Source of the DNA: an uncultured archaeon
Lineage (GTDB): Archaea; Asgardarchaeota; Thorarchaeia; Thorarchaeales; Thorarchaeaceae
DNA: 32,000 nucleotides
Direction: 5' to 3'
NCBI GenBank assembly: GCA_964354495.1
Contig: CAYHAA010000004.1
Coordinates: 150,001 to 182,000, forward strand
The notes below the pieces were generated by a model that searched no databases, was not told the DNA's origin, and was given only the letters and a program-made list of their open reading frames with translations. Below, in pieces: positions 1-9,566 of the stretch (position 1 is its first letter; each line of letters begins with the position of its first letter). Made by a program: the position numbers and the translations under genes.

Positions 1-627
1 AAAGGCAAGTTTGTGGATGCAGCCCGGCGAGCACAAGAGGCTGGATTCGACGGGGTGGAGATCCATGGCGCCCACTTCTATCTTCTAAGCGCATTTCTTT
101 CCTCATACACGAACCGTAGGGTTGATGACTTTGGGGGAGCAATTGAGAAGAGAGCAAAATTCGCGGTCGATGTCATCAAAGCTATTCGCAGAAATCTTGG
201 CAGATACCCCATAATCTTTCGCATGAATGGAATTGAAAATGCCGTGAACGGAATCACAATAGTTGAAGCAGTGAAGATTGCACGAATCATCGAACATGCG
301 GGAGTTGATGCGTTGCATATCTCGTGTGTCGTTGACGCCACATACAATCCCGGGATTCCTTCAGTCTTCAGCGAGAAGACTATACCGGCATTCTTGCGTG
401 GTTTTCCCTATGACTCCTGTATTCCATGCGCTTCGAATATCAAGCAGGGGGTGAAAATTCCAGTCATAGGCGTGGGTATGGTAAGAGACGCAGAGTTCGC
501 AAGGAGAATCATCAAGAGGAATCTATGTGATCTTGTCGGAATAGGCAGGGCACTGCTTGCAGATGCAGAGTTTGTCCAAAAGACTCTAGACAACCGAGAT
601 GACGAGATAGTCCCTTGGAAGGACTAG
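1..627 (+). CDS. NADH:flavin oxidoreductase / Old Yellow Enzyme family, 5' end outside window
   Basis: Frame is open from base 1 (KGKFVDAARRA...). Motifs AGFDGVEIHGAHFYLL, RRVDDFGG..EKRAKF and C-terminal DLVGIGRALLAD are typical of the OYE TIM barrel. Confidence 0.9.
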   Translation, partial: KGKFVDAARRAQEAGFDGVEIHGAHFYLLSAFLSSYTNRRVDDFGGAIEKRAKFAVDVIKAIRRNLGRYPIIFRMNGIENAVNGITIVEAVKIARIIEHAGVDALHISCVVDATYNPGIPSVFSEKTIPAFLRGFPYDSCIPCASNIKQGVKIPVIGVGMVRDAEFARRIIKRNLCDLVGIGRALLADAEFVQKTLDNRDDEIVPWKD

Positions 628-804
628 TGAGTCGGACAAAGAGAGTGAGAGCCTCGGTAACGCAGCCTCATTCGCCCGGCTGCAGATTGAACGAGGCTAG
701 CTGCTTCATGTCGTGGTCCCTACAGTAGTCGCTCAGTGCCATACGAGTTTTTCATATGAGAGCATCTCAACCGATATCGCCGATTTGGGATGAGTCCCTT
801 GAGC

Positions 805-3800
805 TCAATGAGCCCGTTTCCGTCCGGAAACCACACATAGGATGGCAAGGACAATCACAAGGCCGAGCACTGCCAGGAGCAGAAAGTTGCCTGGTATCGA
901 AGTTGTGGTCGTTGTGCCTGTCGTCGGGGTTGTTGTCGTGGTAGTCCCTGATTGTATGGCGTAGCTGTATGTCGAGGTCACTGCCCAGTTGCCAAGTGTA
1001 TCGACTGCATAGATGCGATAATCGACTTCTGTCTCTGCAGGGAGGGCCGGTATTACGGCTTGATACTCGCCACCTAACAGACTCATCGTGACATTGAACC
1101 AATATGTGCCATTGAAGTAGGATAGGATTACGGTGTCCACCGCGGTGTCATCTGTGACATTCACCCGTACGAGTACAGTTTCCGTCGAATTGGGGCTCAA
1201 CGGGTCTTGCACAGGCACGTCGATGTTCGGCGGATTCTCTTCTGCAGCAACTGTAGTGTACGATATCTCACTGGTCATGTTCAGATTCCCAGCGGTGTCA
1301 TTCGCGTAGAAGATGTACCTGATTGTCGTACTGACAGTGAAGCCGGGTATCACGCCTGAGTAGGTGCCCCCGGACTTGGACAACAGGACTACTGTGAATG
1401 TGCCCCAGTCGTCCGAGCTATAGTTCAGATATACAGAGTCGATACCGGAGGCTGAGGGGGGCTCAGTGGCATCGACTGATACCAGTACCGCATGACCGGC
1501 TCCAGGGGTCGTTGCGTTCCGGTAGGCATTGCCAATCCATGGCTCGACTGAGTCGCTCACTGTGAAATTCGAAACAGTTGTTTCCGCATCACGCGATGAG
1601 GTGTCATTGGCGTATACACTGTAATAGACATCGGAGGAGAATGCAAATGGACCTATCTGCACACTGTAGTTGCCAGACGGTTGCAGGGACATGCCAACGT
1701 AGGTGGGACTTGTCCATCCTCCAACTTCATACTTCAGGAAGACAGAATCAAGAAACATGTCGGAGACGTTCGCCTCGAACACGGTCTGCTGGTAATACTC
1801 AACCTGAATCGGTGACCGCTTAAGGCCGTGGATTACCGGACTCTCAAGATCGAATGTCGAAATAGCCGCGAATGTATCCAGTTTACCGTATCCCCAGATC
1901 TTGTTGGGTACTACACCCGTGAAACCGTCGCTCGCAGCACTCGACTCGATAATCGACGCGACATCCGATCCGGCTGATGCATTCACCTGTAGCAACAACG
2001 CGGCACAGCCCGCTACGTGAGGACCTGATGCGGAAGTGCCGCTGAAGAGACGATAGCTGGCATACCTTGCAGAGAACTGCAAAACACCAAAAGCATTGTA
2101 CCAGTTTGACCAGCCTGAGGCTGAAGTATAGTCTGATATAATATCAAACCCGCCTGGTGCTGCAATACCCTGCTTCAGCACCTCGTCTATTCTCGGTCCT
2201 CGGGATGAGAAACTGGCAATATTACCGACCACCTCGGCGCTCACTAGGTTGCGTGTTCGATAGCTTGCAACACTGAGGGCGGAGTCAGCAGTAGAAGGCC
2301 AGCAGATTAGATAGTCATTGCTGACGTCGCTCTTCCATACGGCACCCCCGGTCCAAGATGTCTTGTCATCCGATATGTAAGCGTGGAAAGTAGTAACTTG
2401 GGGTGCGGTCACATTGAACTGATGCCACGGGGCTGCGTTTGTAGTGGGAAGCCCAGTTCCAGAGATCCATATCCCCAACATGCTGGTCGAGCGGCTAGAA
2501 ACCGATATGAAGGACTTGACGGTGAGAGAACCCCACGGCGACATCAGCACATCGCCAGGGCCTGCGAAGTTCATGTAGCCCGCATTCGGGTGCAGATAGA
2601 GAGTCCATACTGGAGGGCCGCCCCAGGAATTGAGGTTGAATACTAGACTGAAATTGCAGGACCAGAAGTTTGTCACATTCCTTGAGAGCACCGTTATGTA
2701 CACGTTGTTGATATCTGTGAAGAACACTTCACCATCAGGTTGAGGAATAGAGAAGTCAATAGCTCTAGCCGTGTTGGCTTGAGCTGTGAAGAGCGCATGC
2801 TTGGTCTTGCCGCCCAAGTTGCCGCTCGGTGACAAGACTGGAACACCCGACGCTACAATCGTGTCAATGGCGGTTTCTGCGCCTGAGCTGCCGTCCAGAT
2901 ACTGATAGGTCCATGAGCCTATCTCTGTCAGAATGACGTCTGCGCCGTGATTGAAGGCCCAAGCCAAGGCGGCCTCCATCGTGAGCCATGAGTTGTCACT
3001 GGCAATGACTCTTATCATCATCAGCTCAGCCGAGGGTGCAACGCCTACGTATTGGCGGTACCCAATCTGACCGCCAAGCAGAATGCCTGAAACTGCAGTC
3101 CCATGACCATCATAGTCAACATGAGTGCTCGATGTCAGGTTGCTAGAATCCCACGAAACAATCTCACGTGTTCCGACATCCTTCTGCACTATGTACTTAG
3201 TCTTTGGCGTCGTAAGCATGACGAGTTTCTCGCCAAGCTCCAGTAAGCCACTATCGTCAGGGTCGCTCGACACGAAGAACGGCTCCCCAATCTGGGGGAC
3301 TCCGTCTTGACTGACATTATCTACCCAGAGCCAGTCAGTCTTAACATCGTACGCGCCGTTCCCGTCCAGATCGATGATGCGCATAGTTTCGTTAGCAGTA
3401 CCTATAGAGTCGTTGTTCAGATCTACATAGTCACTTCCATTTGTTGGCACAGCATCCGGCAGTAGGTCGATCCAGCTATACTCAACCGTTCCCGGGAACC
3501 ATAGGTCAGGATGCCTCCAATCCACCCCTGAGTCAAGGTCCGCTATCAGAATTCCTTCTCCTGTCACGTTGCGGTCCAGAGAATCGACGGTCTTCCAAAC
3601 ATCATCTGCACTGATCTCTGGAATCGATACATCTCTGGTGGTGTAGATATGACGCGCAGATGTCTGCGACTTCATATCCTCAATCAAGCCCCGATTCCTG
3701 AGCTCTGCGAGCGCTTCAGGAGCACCCTCGATCAGATAGAAGGCACCAATCCTGCTGTCCTCTGGAGAGCCAAGCGTGAACCTGATTCCGAGGGCATTCA

Positions 3801-4008
3801 TCTCTTCAAGCACCTCAGCCCGAGGCGGGGCTCTGAGCTGCGCCATAACGAGCGCCAATCCGCCAAATTCCCGAGCTATGGCGTGAAGGTCAAGCGTGCA
3901 AGACTCAGCCTCGTATTGCTTAGTCGGAACCATATTCAAGGGCACAAGTGGAATCGGGAATACGAACACAATCAGAACAAGAACAGTGGCAGCGATGTGG
4001 GTCTTCAT
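805..4008 (-). CDS. Secreted, C-terminally membrane-anchored subtilisin-like S8 serine protease (1067 aa) with three Ig-like repeats
   Basis: N-terminal hydrophobic signal; triad motifs DLDSG (Asp), DGHGTAVSG (His), GTSASGPHVAG (Ser); oxyanion SGN; FSSRGP; three repeats ending Y-x-x-YA-x-DT; Thr-rich linker, TM helix and basic tail. Confidence 0.92.
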   Translation of the reverse strand: MKTHIAATVLVLIVFVFPIPLVPLNMVPTKQYEAESCTLDLHAIAREFGGLALVMAQLRAPPRAEVLEEMNALGIRFTLGSPEDSRIGAFYLIEGAPEALAELRNRGLIEDMKSQTSARHIYTTRDVSIPEISADDVWKTVDSLDRNVTGEGILIADLDSGVDWRHPDLWFPGTVEYSWIDLLPDAVPTNGSDYVDLNNDSIGTANETMRIIDLDGNGAYDVKTDWLWVDNVSQDGVPQIGEPFFVSSDPDDSGLLELGEKLVMLTTPKTKYIVQKDVGTREIVSWDSSNLTSSTHVDYDGHGTAVSGILLGGQIGYRQYVGVAPSAELMMIRVIASDNSWLTMEAALAWAFNHGADVILTEIGSWTYQYLDGSSGAETAIDTIVASGVPVLSPSGNLGGKTKHALFTAQANTARAIDFSIPQPDGEVFFTDINNVYITVLSRNVTNFWSCNFSLVFNLNSWGGPPVWTLYLHPNAGYMNFAGPGDVLMSPWGSLTVKSFISVSSRSTSMLGIWISGTGLPTTNAAPWHQFNVTAPQVTTFHAYISDDKTSWTGGAVWKSDVSNDYLICWPSTADSALSVASYRTRNLVSAEVVGNIASFSSRGPRIDEVLKQGIAAPGGFDIISDYTSASGWSNWYNAFGVLQFSARYASYRLFSGTSASGPHVAGCAALLLQVNASAGSDVASIIESSAASDGFTGVVPNKIWGYGKLDTFAAISTFDLESPVIHGLKRSPIQVEYYQQTVFEANVSDMFLDSVFLKYEVGGWTSPTYVGMSLQPSGNYSVQIGPFAFSSDVYYSVYANDTSSRDAETTVSNFTVSDSVEPWIGNAYRNATTPGAGHAVLVSVDATEPPSASGIDSVYLNYSSDDWGTFTVVLLSKSGGTYSGVIPGFTVSTTIRYIFYANDTAGNLNMTSEISYTTVAAEENPPNIDVPVQDPLSPNSTETVLVRVNVTDDTAVDTVILSYFNGTYWFNVTMSLLGGEYQAVIPALPAETEVDYRIYAVDTLGNWAVTSTYSYAIQSGTTTTTTPTTGTTTTTSIPGNFLLLAVLGLVIVLAILCVVSGRKRAH

Positions 4009-4359
4009 TCTCTTCGATCCTCCCTAGATGTAGATGGTATGCACAAATGAGCGTACGCGAATCCTCACTTTGCTAGTCCGGTGCTCAACGTACTTTTTAA
4101 GGTATTTTGGCACCAACTCGCAAGACTCTGCTGAAGAGGCCGTTCTATCTCCTACTACTCAGACGCAGCATCTTTTGACCAAATCAGGAACATACCTGGC
4201 TCAACCAGTCCAGAAGTCTACTAGGTACACACAGTTGGACGAGGAATAGAATGAGAAGACACCAGACAAGAAGAGCCTGGCATTGGAGCTACGGCCGGTA
4301 TGAGAGTTGTCTTGGGTATGGTAGTCAGCAATAGTCAGCAGTCAGGTACGACCTAGAAC

Positions 4360-4365
4360 TTAATA
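4360..4365 (+). promoter_or_regulatory. Putative TATA box (TTAATA) for the gene starting at 4390
   Basis: TTAATA lies about 25 nt upstream of ATG 4390, the spacing expected for a leaderless archaeal transcript. Confidence 0.45.
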
Positions 4366-4389
4366 CGATTGATTACTCTTGGAATCATT

Positions 4390-5385
4390 ATGTCTTGGAA
4401 GAAATACGCCAGTCAGGATGTGCTTGACTGGCTTCTTGAACCCAAAGACCCTAGTGTCCGGTATTGGACTCTTCAGCATCTGATGGACAAATCTGTAAGG
4501 AGCTCTGAGGTGAAAGAAGCCCAAGAAGCCGTTATAGCTGCGCCCTGCGTGAAGTCAATTCTCAAAGCTCAGAAGAATGAGGGGTACTGGGATAGTCCCG
4601 ACGATATGTACCGACCAAAATACACTGCGAGTACGCACACGTTACTCATACTGGCGGAGCTCGGGATGAAGAGAACTCCCCAGATTGAGAGGGCAATTGA
4701 CTACATCTTCAATTTCCAGAGGGACTCAGGTCACTTTCTTATCGTTTTGCCAAAGTCCGAGAAGGGCAGAGAGAGTATAGTGAACGATGGGTGTTGTATC
4801 GATGGTAATATTCTGTACTACCTTGTGTATTTTGGCTATCTCAACGACCCCCGAACAAAGAGACTGATAGACTTTCAAATTGAATATCACTCTGATGATG
4901 TCGGAGGCTGGAAGTGCCGCTCATATCCCATTGACAAGAGCAGGGTCTTTCCAACGAACTGTTATATGGGAGGAGTGAAGGTCCTCAAAGCACTAGCACG
5001 TATTCCAAGAGAGAGCAGGTCATCAGATCTGAACCGGATTATCAATCAGGAGGCCGAGATTCTTCTTGAAAACCAGATTTACAGATACCTGCGCAATCCT
5101 GATGGAAGTAGGAAGGAGAAAGCTGGATGGAAGAAGTTTGGATTTCCTCTTTTCTATCAGTCAGATATATTAGAAGTGCTGGATGTGTTGACCGAGCTTG
5201 GGACTCGTGATAAGAGAATGCAGGAATCTGTTGACTTGATAATAGGCAGCAGGAATGCTTCAGGAACATGGGACCTGAAGAACACGTACAACGGAAAGAT
5301 GCGCTGCGATATCGAGAAGAAGAATGCACCTTCAAAATGGATTACATTGAGAGCCCTGAGAATTCTACGTCGGTACTACACCTAG
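4390..5385 (+). CDS. Prenyltransferase/squalene-cyclase-like alpha/alpha-barrel (QW-repeat) protein, function unknown
   Basis: QW-like repeats ILKAQKNEGYW, IFNFQRDSGHF, EYHSDDVGGW and IIGSRNASGTW; N-terminal WLLEPKDPSVRY and C-terminal PSKWITLRALRIL. ATG 4390 preferred over the ORF-track start 4369. Confidence 0.7.
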   Translation: MSWKKYASQDVLDWLLEPKDPSVRYWTLQHLMDKSVRSSEVKEAQEAVIAAPCVKSILKAQKNEGYWDSPDDMYRPKYTASTHTLLILAELGMKRTPQIERAIDYIFNFQRDSGHFLIVLPKSEKGRESIVNDGCCIDGNILYYLVYFGYLNDPRTKRLIDFQIEYHSDDVGGWKCRSYPIDKSRVFPTNCYMGGVKVLKALARIPRESRSSDLNRIINQEAEILLENQIYRYLRNPDGSRKEKAGWKKFGFPLFYQSDILEVLDVLTELGTRDKRMQESVDLIIGSRNASGTWDLKNTYNGKMRCDIEKKNAPSKWITLRALRILRRYYT

Positions 5386-5410
5386 TCACCGTGAGCGCGT
5401 GAATGGGCCT

Positions 5411-6316
5411 TCATCTTGTCGAGAACTGAGACAACTCAGCCTTGAAGTCTTGGCCCTTCGTGAAGATCTCCTTCGGATCGATTACCACGAATGCAAATCG
5501 ATAGGTAATGGTTGTGGCGGCACTGCTCCAGAAAAAGAACTCTGGGGGCAGGATAAATGACTCTTCCCATTTCTGACAGACCTTGGTGAAGTATGCCTTG
5601 GCTTCTGATTGCGAACATGTTTTCTCTAGTTCGATATCGAATGTGTATCTGTGCACCTCGTCTCCCTTCAGAAGAGACTTCAGCTTGCGTACTGCGTCAC
5701 GAAACCTCGTGTCCTCCTCGCCATCTAGGTCAAAAACATCATGATTGAGTTCCATTCCTCGCTCCTCAAAGTAGTCATCAACACGCACCCGGAAATTTGT
5801 GAGCCGTTGGTCAATAGTTGTTGAGTTGGGGATAATCTGGCGAGTATGATCAGGTCTGAGAAGCCGTGTATAGTTCAGCGTGATTTCTACTACGATACCT
5901 TCCGAGTCGCCCATCCGGACATAGTCACCGACTCGAAACGGTCTCGCCACCAGTACGTAGAAACCACTGACGATGTTCTGAAGAGCTTTTGAGAAAGCCA
6001 GACCAATGAATGCTCCTATGAGGGCTCCACCTGCGACAATATACGCTGAAACGACATTACCTGCATAAGCAAGCAGGAATAGGAGAGAAAATGCGAAGAA
6101 GAAGAGTCTCACGACGAAGATTATCCCACTTGATGCTTCCCTTGGCATCCCAACTCTCCTAAATGTGAGCATGACAGAACGGATCACGATGAGGTAGAAC
6201 ACGTAGATTAGCACAAAGACTGGAAGCGAGGCTATCAGTCCAGCATAGTCGTCAAATGCATCTGGGAGAAGATACTTGATGAAATCAACGAAAACTGTGA
6301 AGATATCTACCTGCAT
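5411..6316 (-). CDS. mscS: Small-conductance mechanosensitive channel, MscS family
   Basis: Three N-terminal TM helices followed by ALQNIVSGFYVLVARPFRVGDYV, G.VVEITLNYTRL and IIPNS, the MscS beta-domain signature. Confidence 0.9.
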   Translation of the reverse strand: MQVDIFTVFVDFIKYLLPDAFDDYAGLIASLPVFVLIYVFYLIVIRSVMLTFRRVGMPREASSGIIFVVRLFFFAFSLLFLLAYAGNVVSAYIVAGGALIGAFIGLAFSKALQNIVSGFYVLVARPFRVGDYVRMGDSEGIVVEITLNYTRLLRPDHTRQIIPNSTTIDQRLTNFRVRVDDYFEERGMELNHDVFDLDGEEDTRFRDAVRKLKSLLKGDEVHRYTFDIELEKTCSQSEAKAYFTKVCQKWEESFILPPEFFFWSSAATTITYRFAFVVIDPKEIFTKGQDFKAELSQFSTR

Positions 6317-6543
6317 TTCTGGGCACAGCCTCCTGCCGAATATTCGATGCTGAGAACTTGTGGGATTAATTCTTATGGGTCAGCGGGCATTTACGGGAAT
6401 CGGTATTCCAGTCAAAGACTACTCAGTACTGACTGGGAATCACCATCTCGGGGGACTGTCCATGTATCTGCTAGATAGAATGTACACTGTAAGTGAGGAG
6501 AATTCCATCACGCAAAATCTGCCCTTCGCTATGCTGCCATTCT

Positions 6544-8121
6544 CTATTTGTTCAGGCGATGATACATCGCCTTGTTGGTCTTGTAGATATTGATGAACTC
6601 ACTGTAGAGTCTGCCATAGATCTTGCAGTTCTCAGGATTTGGATGAAAGATATTCGAATACTGCACAAGACTTGGGATATCATCAGACTTGCAGAGACCC
6701 AGTCCTACGGTGGCAATGAATGCAGCTCCTCTTGCATTTGCCATGATAGGATCTTTCACCTGTCTGACAGTTCTATTCAGGACATCAGCATAGATTTGGC
6801 ACCAGACGTTTGACTGCGCACCCCCGCCAATCATGTTGATTGGGTCCATCTTGCGTTTGATGAATCTCTCGACGAGGTCAAACAGCCACTTGGAGTTGTA
6901 GGCGACACCCTCAAACACAGCACGGATGATTTCATTTCGCTTCGAGGATAGAGAGATGTTATGGAGCCCGCCTCGAATTGTATGGTCCTCAACTGGAGTT
7001 CGTTCACCGAATAGCCAGGGGGTAAAGATGAGCCCATTACTACCTGGAGGTACTTGCTCCACTATCTTGTCGAACTCCCGGAAGACCTCCGGATTATTGA
7101 GTCGGGTTGGATCATCACCAAAGAAGACATTGTCTCGGAGAAACCTCAGGCACGCGCCAGCGGTTTCCTGCTCATTCGCTAGAAAGTACTTCCCAGGGAC
7201 AGAAGATGGTACAGAAGCCATGTTGTGGGAGATGTCAGTCTTCTTGAATGGCACATGGCAAGTTATCCAGCTGCTTGTGCCAATATAGATGTGGCCTTCA
7301 AAGTCACGTACTGCACCCGATCCCATGACTGCAGATTGCAGATCAGGAGAGCCAACGACTACTTTCGTGTCAGCAGGAATTCCAAGCTCTCGAGCGACCT
7401 CGGGCTTCACGATGCCCAAGATGTCTACGGAACTCACTAGTCTTGGCAGCTTATCCTTAGCGACACCCATCTTCCGAATCAAGCCGTTGTTGTAGTGCAC
7501 ATTGTTGATATCGCGAATATCGGTGACCCAATGAAGCATGATGGAGTCATAGGAGGCTGCAAACTCCCCGGTTAGTCTGAGATTCAGGTAGTCTTTCGGT
7601 TCTAGAAACTTGAAAGTAGAATCATAGATCTCCGGCCGTTCATTCTTCAGAAAGAGAATATGAGCAATTGAGTCCTTTCCACTCTTCGCAGGGAGCCCAC
7701 CAGTGGAACGCAACCACCGTGCAATATTCAGGATTCCGTAGCCCTGTACATTGATGATTCCTTGATTCTTCTTCCTGATGTAGGGCTCCCCCCTGGTGTC
7801 CATCCAGATAATCGCATTCATCAGGTGACGACCGCTTGAGTCAACAGCTACCGTTCCAGACCACTGGCTTGAAACGCAGATACCCACTATATCTTCTCTT
7901 GCTTTAGGATTCTTGTCTAGAAGGCGCCGTGTGGCTTTGACAAAGGCGGCCCACCACTCATCAGGATCTTGCTCAGCACCACCACCAGGTGAGAGATAGA
8001 GTGGTGTATCCTCAGACTCGAAGGCCAGAACCTCTCCGCAAGTGTCAGTGAGGGCAACCTTCATTGCAGAAGTCCCATGGTCCACTGCAATTATGCGCTT
8101 CTTACTTTTCTCCACAGTCAT
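6544..8121 (-). CDS. FGGY-family carbohydrate kinase (xylulokinase-like)
   Basis: IAVDHGTSAMK, AIIWMDTRG, YIGTSSW, FTPWLFGERTP, RAVFEGVAY and GGGAQSNVWCQIYADVL motifs. The sugar substrate cannot be fixed from sequence. Confidence 0.9.
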   Translation of the reverse strand: MTVEKSKKRIIAVDHGTSAMKVALTDTCGEVLAFESEDTPLYLSPGGGAEQDPDEWWAAFVKATRRLLDKNPKAREDIVGICVSSQWSGTVAVDSSGRHLMNAIIWMDTRGEPYIRKKNQGIINVQGYGILNIARWLRSTGGLPAKSGKDSIAHILFLKNERPEIYDSTFKFLEPKDYLNLRLTGEFAASYDSIMLHWVTDIRDINNVHYNNGLIRKMGVAKDKLPRLVSSVDILGIVKPEVARELGIPADTKVVVGSPDLQSAVMGSGAVRDFEGHIYIGTSSWITCHVPFKKTDISHNMASVPSSVPGKYFLANEQETAGACLRFLRDNVFFGDDPTRLNNPEVFREFDKIVEQVPPGSNGLIFTPWLFGERTPVEDHTIRGGLHNISLSSKRNEIIRAVFEGVAYNSKWLFDLVERFIKRKMDPINMIGGGAQSNVWCQIYADVLNRTVRQVKDPIMANARGAAFIATVGLGLCKSDDIPSLVQYSNIFHPNPENCKIYGRLYSEFINIYKTNKAMYHRLNK

Positions 8122-8155
8122 GTCCTAAACCAGAATCCAATTGGTCAAACCACCA

Positions 8156-8161
8156 TATATA
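8156..8161 (-). promoter_or_regulatory. Putative TATA box (TATATA) for the FGGY kinase
   Basis: Minus strand CTGTATATATGG about 35 nt upstream of ATG 8121. Confidence 0.4.
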
Positions 8162-8185
8162 CAGTGGCTCTCAGTGTTAGCGTCT

Positions 8186-8728
8186 TCATTTGAGGACAAA
8201 CTCAGGCTGCACCCTTCCACGAGAGTCAAATCGAACTCCTTCCATCTCTAGAATCCTGCGCTTCATAGCAAGGCCTCCTTGGAAACCTCCTAGAGTCCTG
8301 TCAGTCCTTATCGCCCGATGACATGGAATAACTATGGGGAATGGATTCCGGGCAAGAGCATTTCCAACTGCTCTGAAGGCATTAGAGCCCACCTGTTTAG
8401 CCACCCAGCTGTAAGATGCTACGTGTCCAAACGGTATCGACCATTCTGCCATGATGACCTTGAGCTGGAAGGGATAGCAGATTGAGGTGTCCAGTGGTTC
8501 TACAGGGAATGTAACTTGAGTACCGTCAAAATACCTCACCAACATAGTGATGAGAGACTCTATCGAGTCAGAGGCACCAGCTTCAGCCCCCGGAAACCTC
8601 GTGTTGATTTCGGCGAGAACTTCCTTGCGAGACCGCGGAAGTAGAATGCGGACTACTCCAGGTCGGCGCGGGTCTCTGTGTACAATACCCACATGACCGA
8701 AGCTTGTTTCAGCAAGTGCATAGTACAT
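8186..8728 (-). CDS. ogt: Methylated-DNA--protein-cysteine methyltransferase
   Basis: IPFGHVASYSWVA, RAVGNALARNPFPIVIPCHRAI (active-site PCHR) and GGFQGGLAMKRRILEMEG. Confidence 0.95.
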   Translation of the reverse strand: MYYALAETSFGHVGIVHRDPRRPGVVRILLPRSRKEVLAEINTRFPGAEAGASDSIESLITMLVRYFDGTQVTFPVEPLDTSICYPFQLKVIMAEWSIPFGHVASYSWVAKQVGSNAFRAVGNALARNPFPIVIPCHRAIRTDRTLGGFQGGLAMKRRILEMEGVRFDSRGRVQPEFVLK

Positions 8729-8823
8729 CGCAGCCGCTCCGTTTCTAGTACGGACTCATATTTGAATTAAAGATTGACCTCGAGCCTTCGATGCTCCCCG
8801 ATGGTTGACTTTTGACTCTGTCA

Positions 8824-9555
8824 TTATTCAATCGATATTGTTTCTCCAATTGCCACTGACAAATGATCGATCGCCCTCTGGTTCTGTGAAGCAATCTCGT
8901 ATGTTCCATAACTTCCAACAATCAGAAAAAGTCCAGTAGCAGGACCCTCAGCGTAGGTCTCGACAACTGGTAATCTGAGCTGGTTTGAACTGCAAGTCAC
9001 CCTCAGACTTTCAGAGTCCTTGGGGGGTATGTTAGTCACAATATTTCCGAATCCGTCAATACGAACCACTTCACCAGTTCTTCCCTTCAAGTGGAATGAC
9101 AGGGGAACATCTAGCCCGTTCTTGGTAGACCCAATGTCATTCGCAGCAATTCCTGAGTGATATTGGCCTGCTGCCACCGCGAAGACATCTCGACCATGGA
9201 ATGTTCTCGAAACAGCGGAACCGAGTCTGATGCTGTAGACCTGTTTTACTGATTCCTCTCTTATTGTAGGAGAGAATAGACCGTTGTCTGGGCCAATGAG
9301 TACATACTCTGCAGTTTCTATTAGAACAGCATCCCGTCCGGTTCCTACGCCGGGATCCACAACACACACGAAGATTGATCGCTTGGGGAAGTACTTGTAG
9401 GACTTGAGCAGGACCCAGGCAGCTTCACGTACAGACTGTGGAGAGATTGAGTGTGTAAGATCAACTATGTGTGCATCAATGTCGATGCTGAGAATGACAC
9501 CCTTCATCAAACCCACATACTCAGACTCACCAAAATCAGTAAGTAAGACAATCAT
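8824..9555 (-). CDS. SAM hydroxide adenosyltransferase (DUF62; chlorinase/fluorinase superfamily)
   Basis: LLTDFG, VVDPGVGTGR, GPDNG, TFHGRDVFA and IDGFGNIVTN. The Asp/His/Arg residues of the hydrolase subgroup are present. Confidence 0.9.
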   Translation of the reverse strand: MIVLLTDFGESEYVGLMKGVILSIDIDAHIVDLTHSISPQSVREAAWVLLKSYKYFPKRSIFVCVVDPGVGTGRDAVLIETAEYVLIGPDNGLFSPTIREESVKQVYSIRLGSAVSRTFHGRDVFAVAAGQYHSGIAANDIGSTKNGLDVPLSFHLKGRTGEVVRIDGFGNIVTNIPPKDSESLRVTCSSNQLRLPVVETYAEGPATGLFLIVGSYGTYEIASQNQRAIDHLSVAIGETISIE

Positions 9556-9566
9556 CCAGTCATCCC

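Noticed and set aside
650-698. Stem-loop as a SECIS element
   Set aside because: No AUGA/GA quartet or clear GAA/A motif, and neither flanking gene shows an in-frame UGA within the window.
901-945. GTN-rich low-complexity DNA as a microsatellite
   Set aside because: Fully explained by the Thr-rich linker of the protease on the minus strand.
4034-4249. 71-aa ORF in the divergent intergenic region
   Set aside because: No motif or clear RBS, and it overlaps the likely promoter region of the protease; cannot be supported.
4322-4345. Short tandem TAGTCAGCA x2 plus a partial copy
   Set aside because: Too short and too few copies to be a CRISPR array, iteron or reliable operator.
4390-5385. Functional squalene-hopene cyclase or nitrogenase NifH
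   Set aside because: No DxDD motif and only half the cyclase length; no P-loop or Fe-S Cys pattern of NifH.
8824-9555. Fluorinase/chlorinase assignment
   Set aside because: The TDFG and TFHGRD motifs fit the common SAM hydroxide adenosyltransferase subgroup, and there is no halometabolite cluster nearby.
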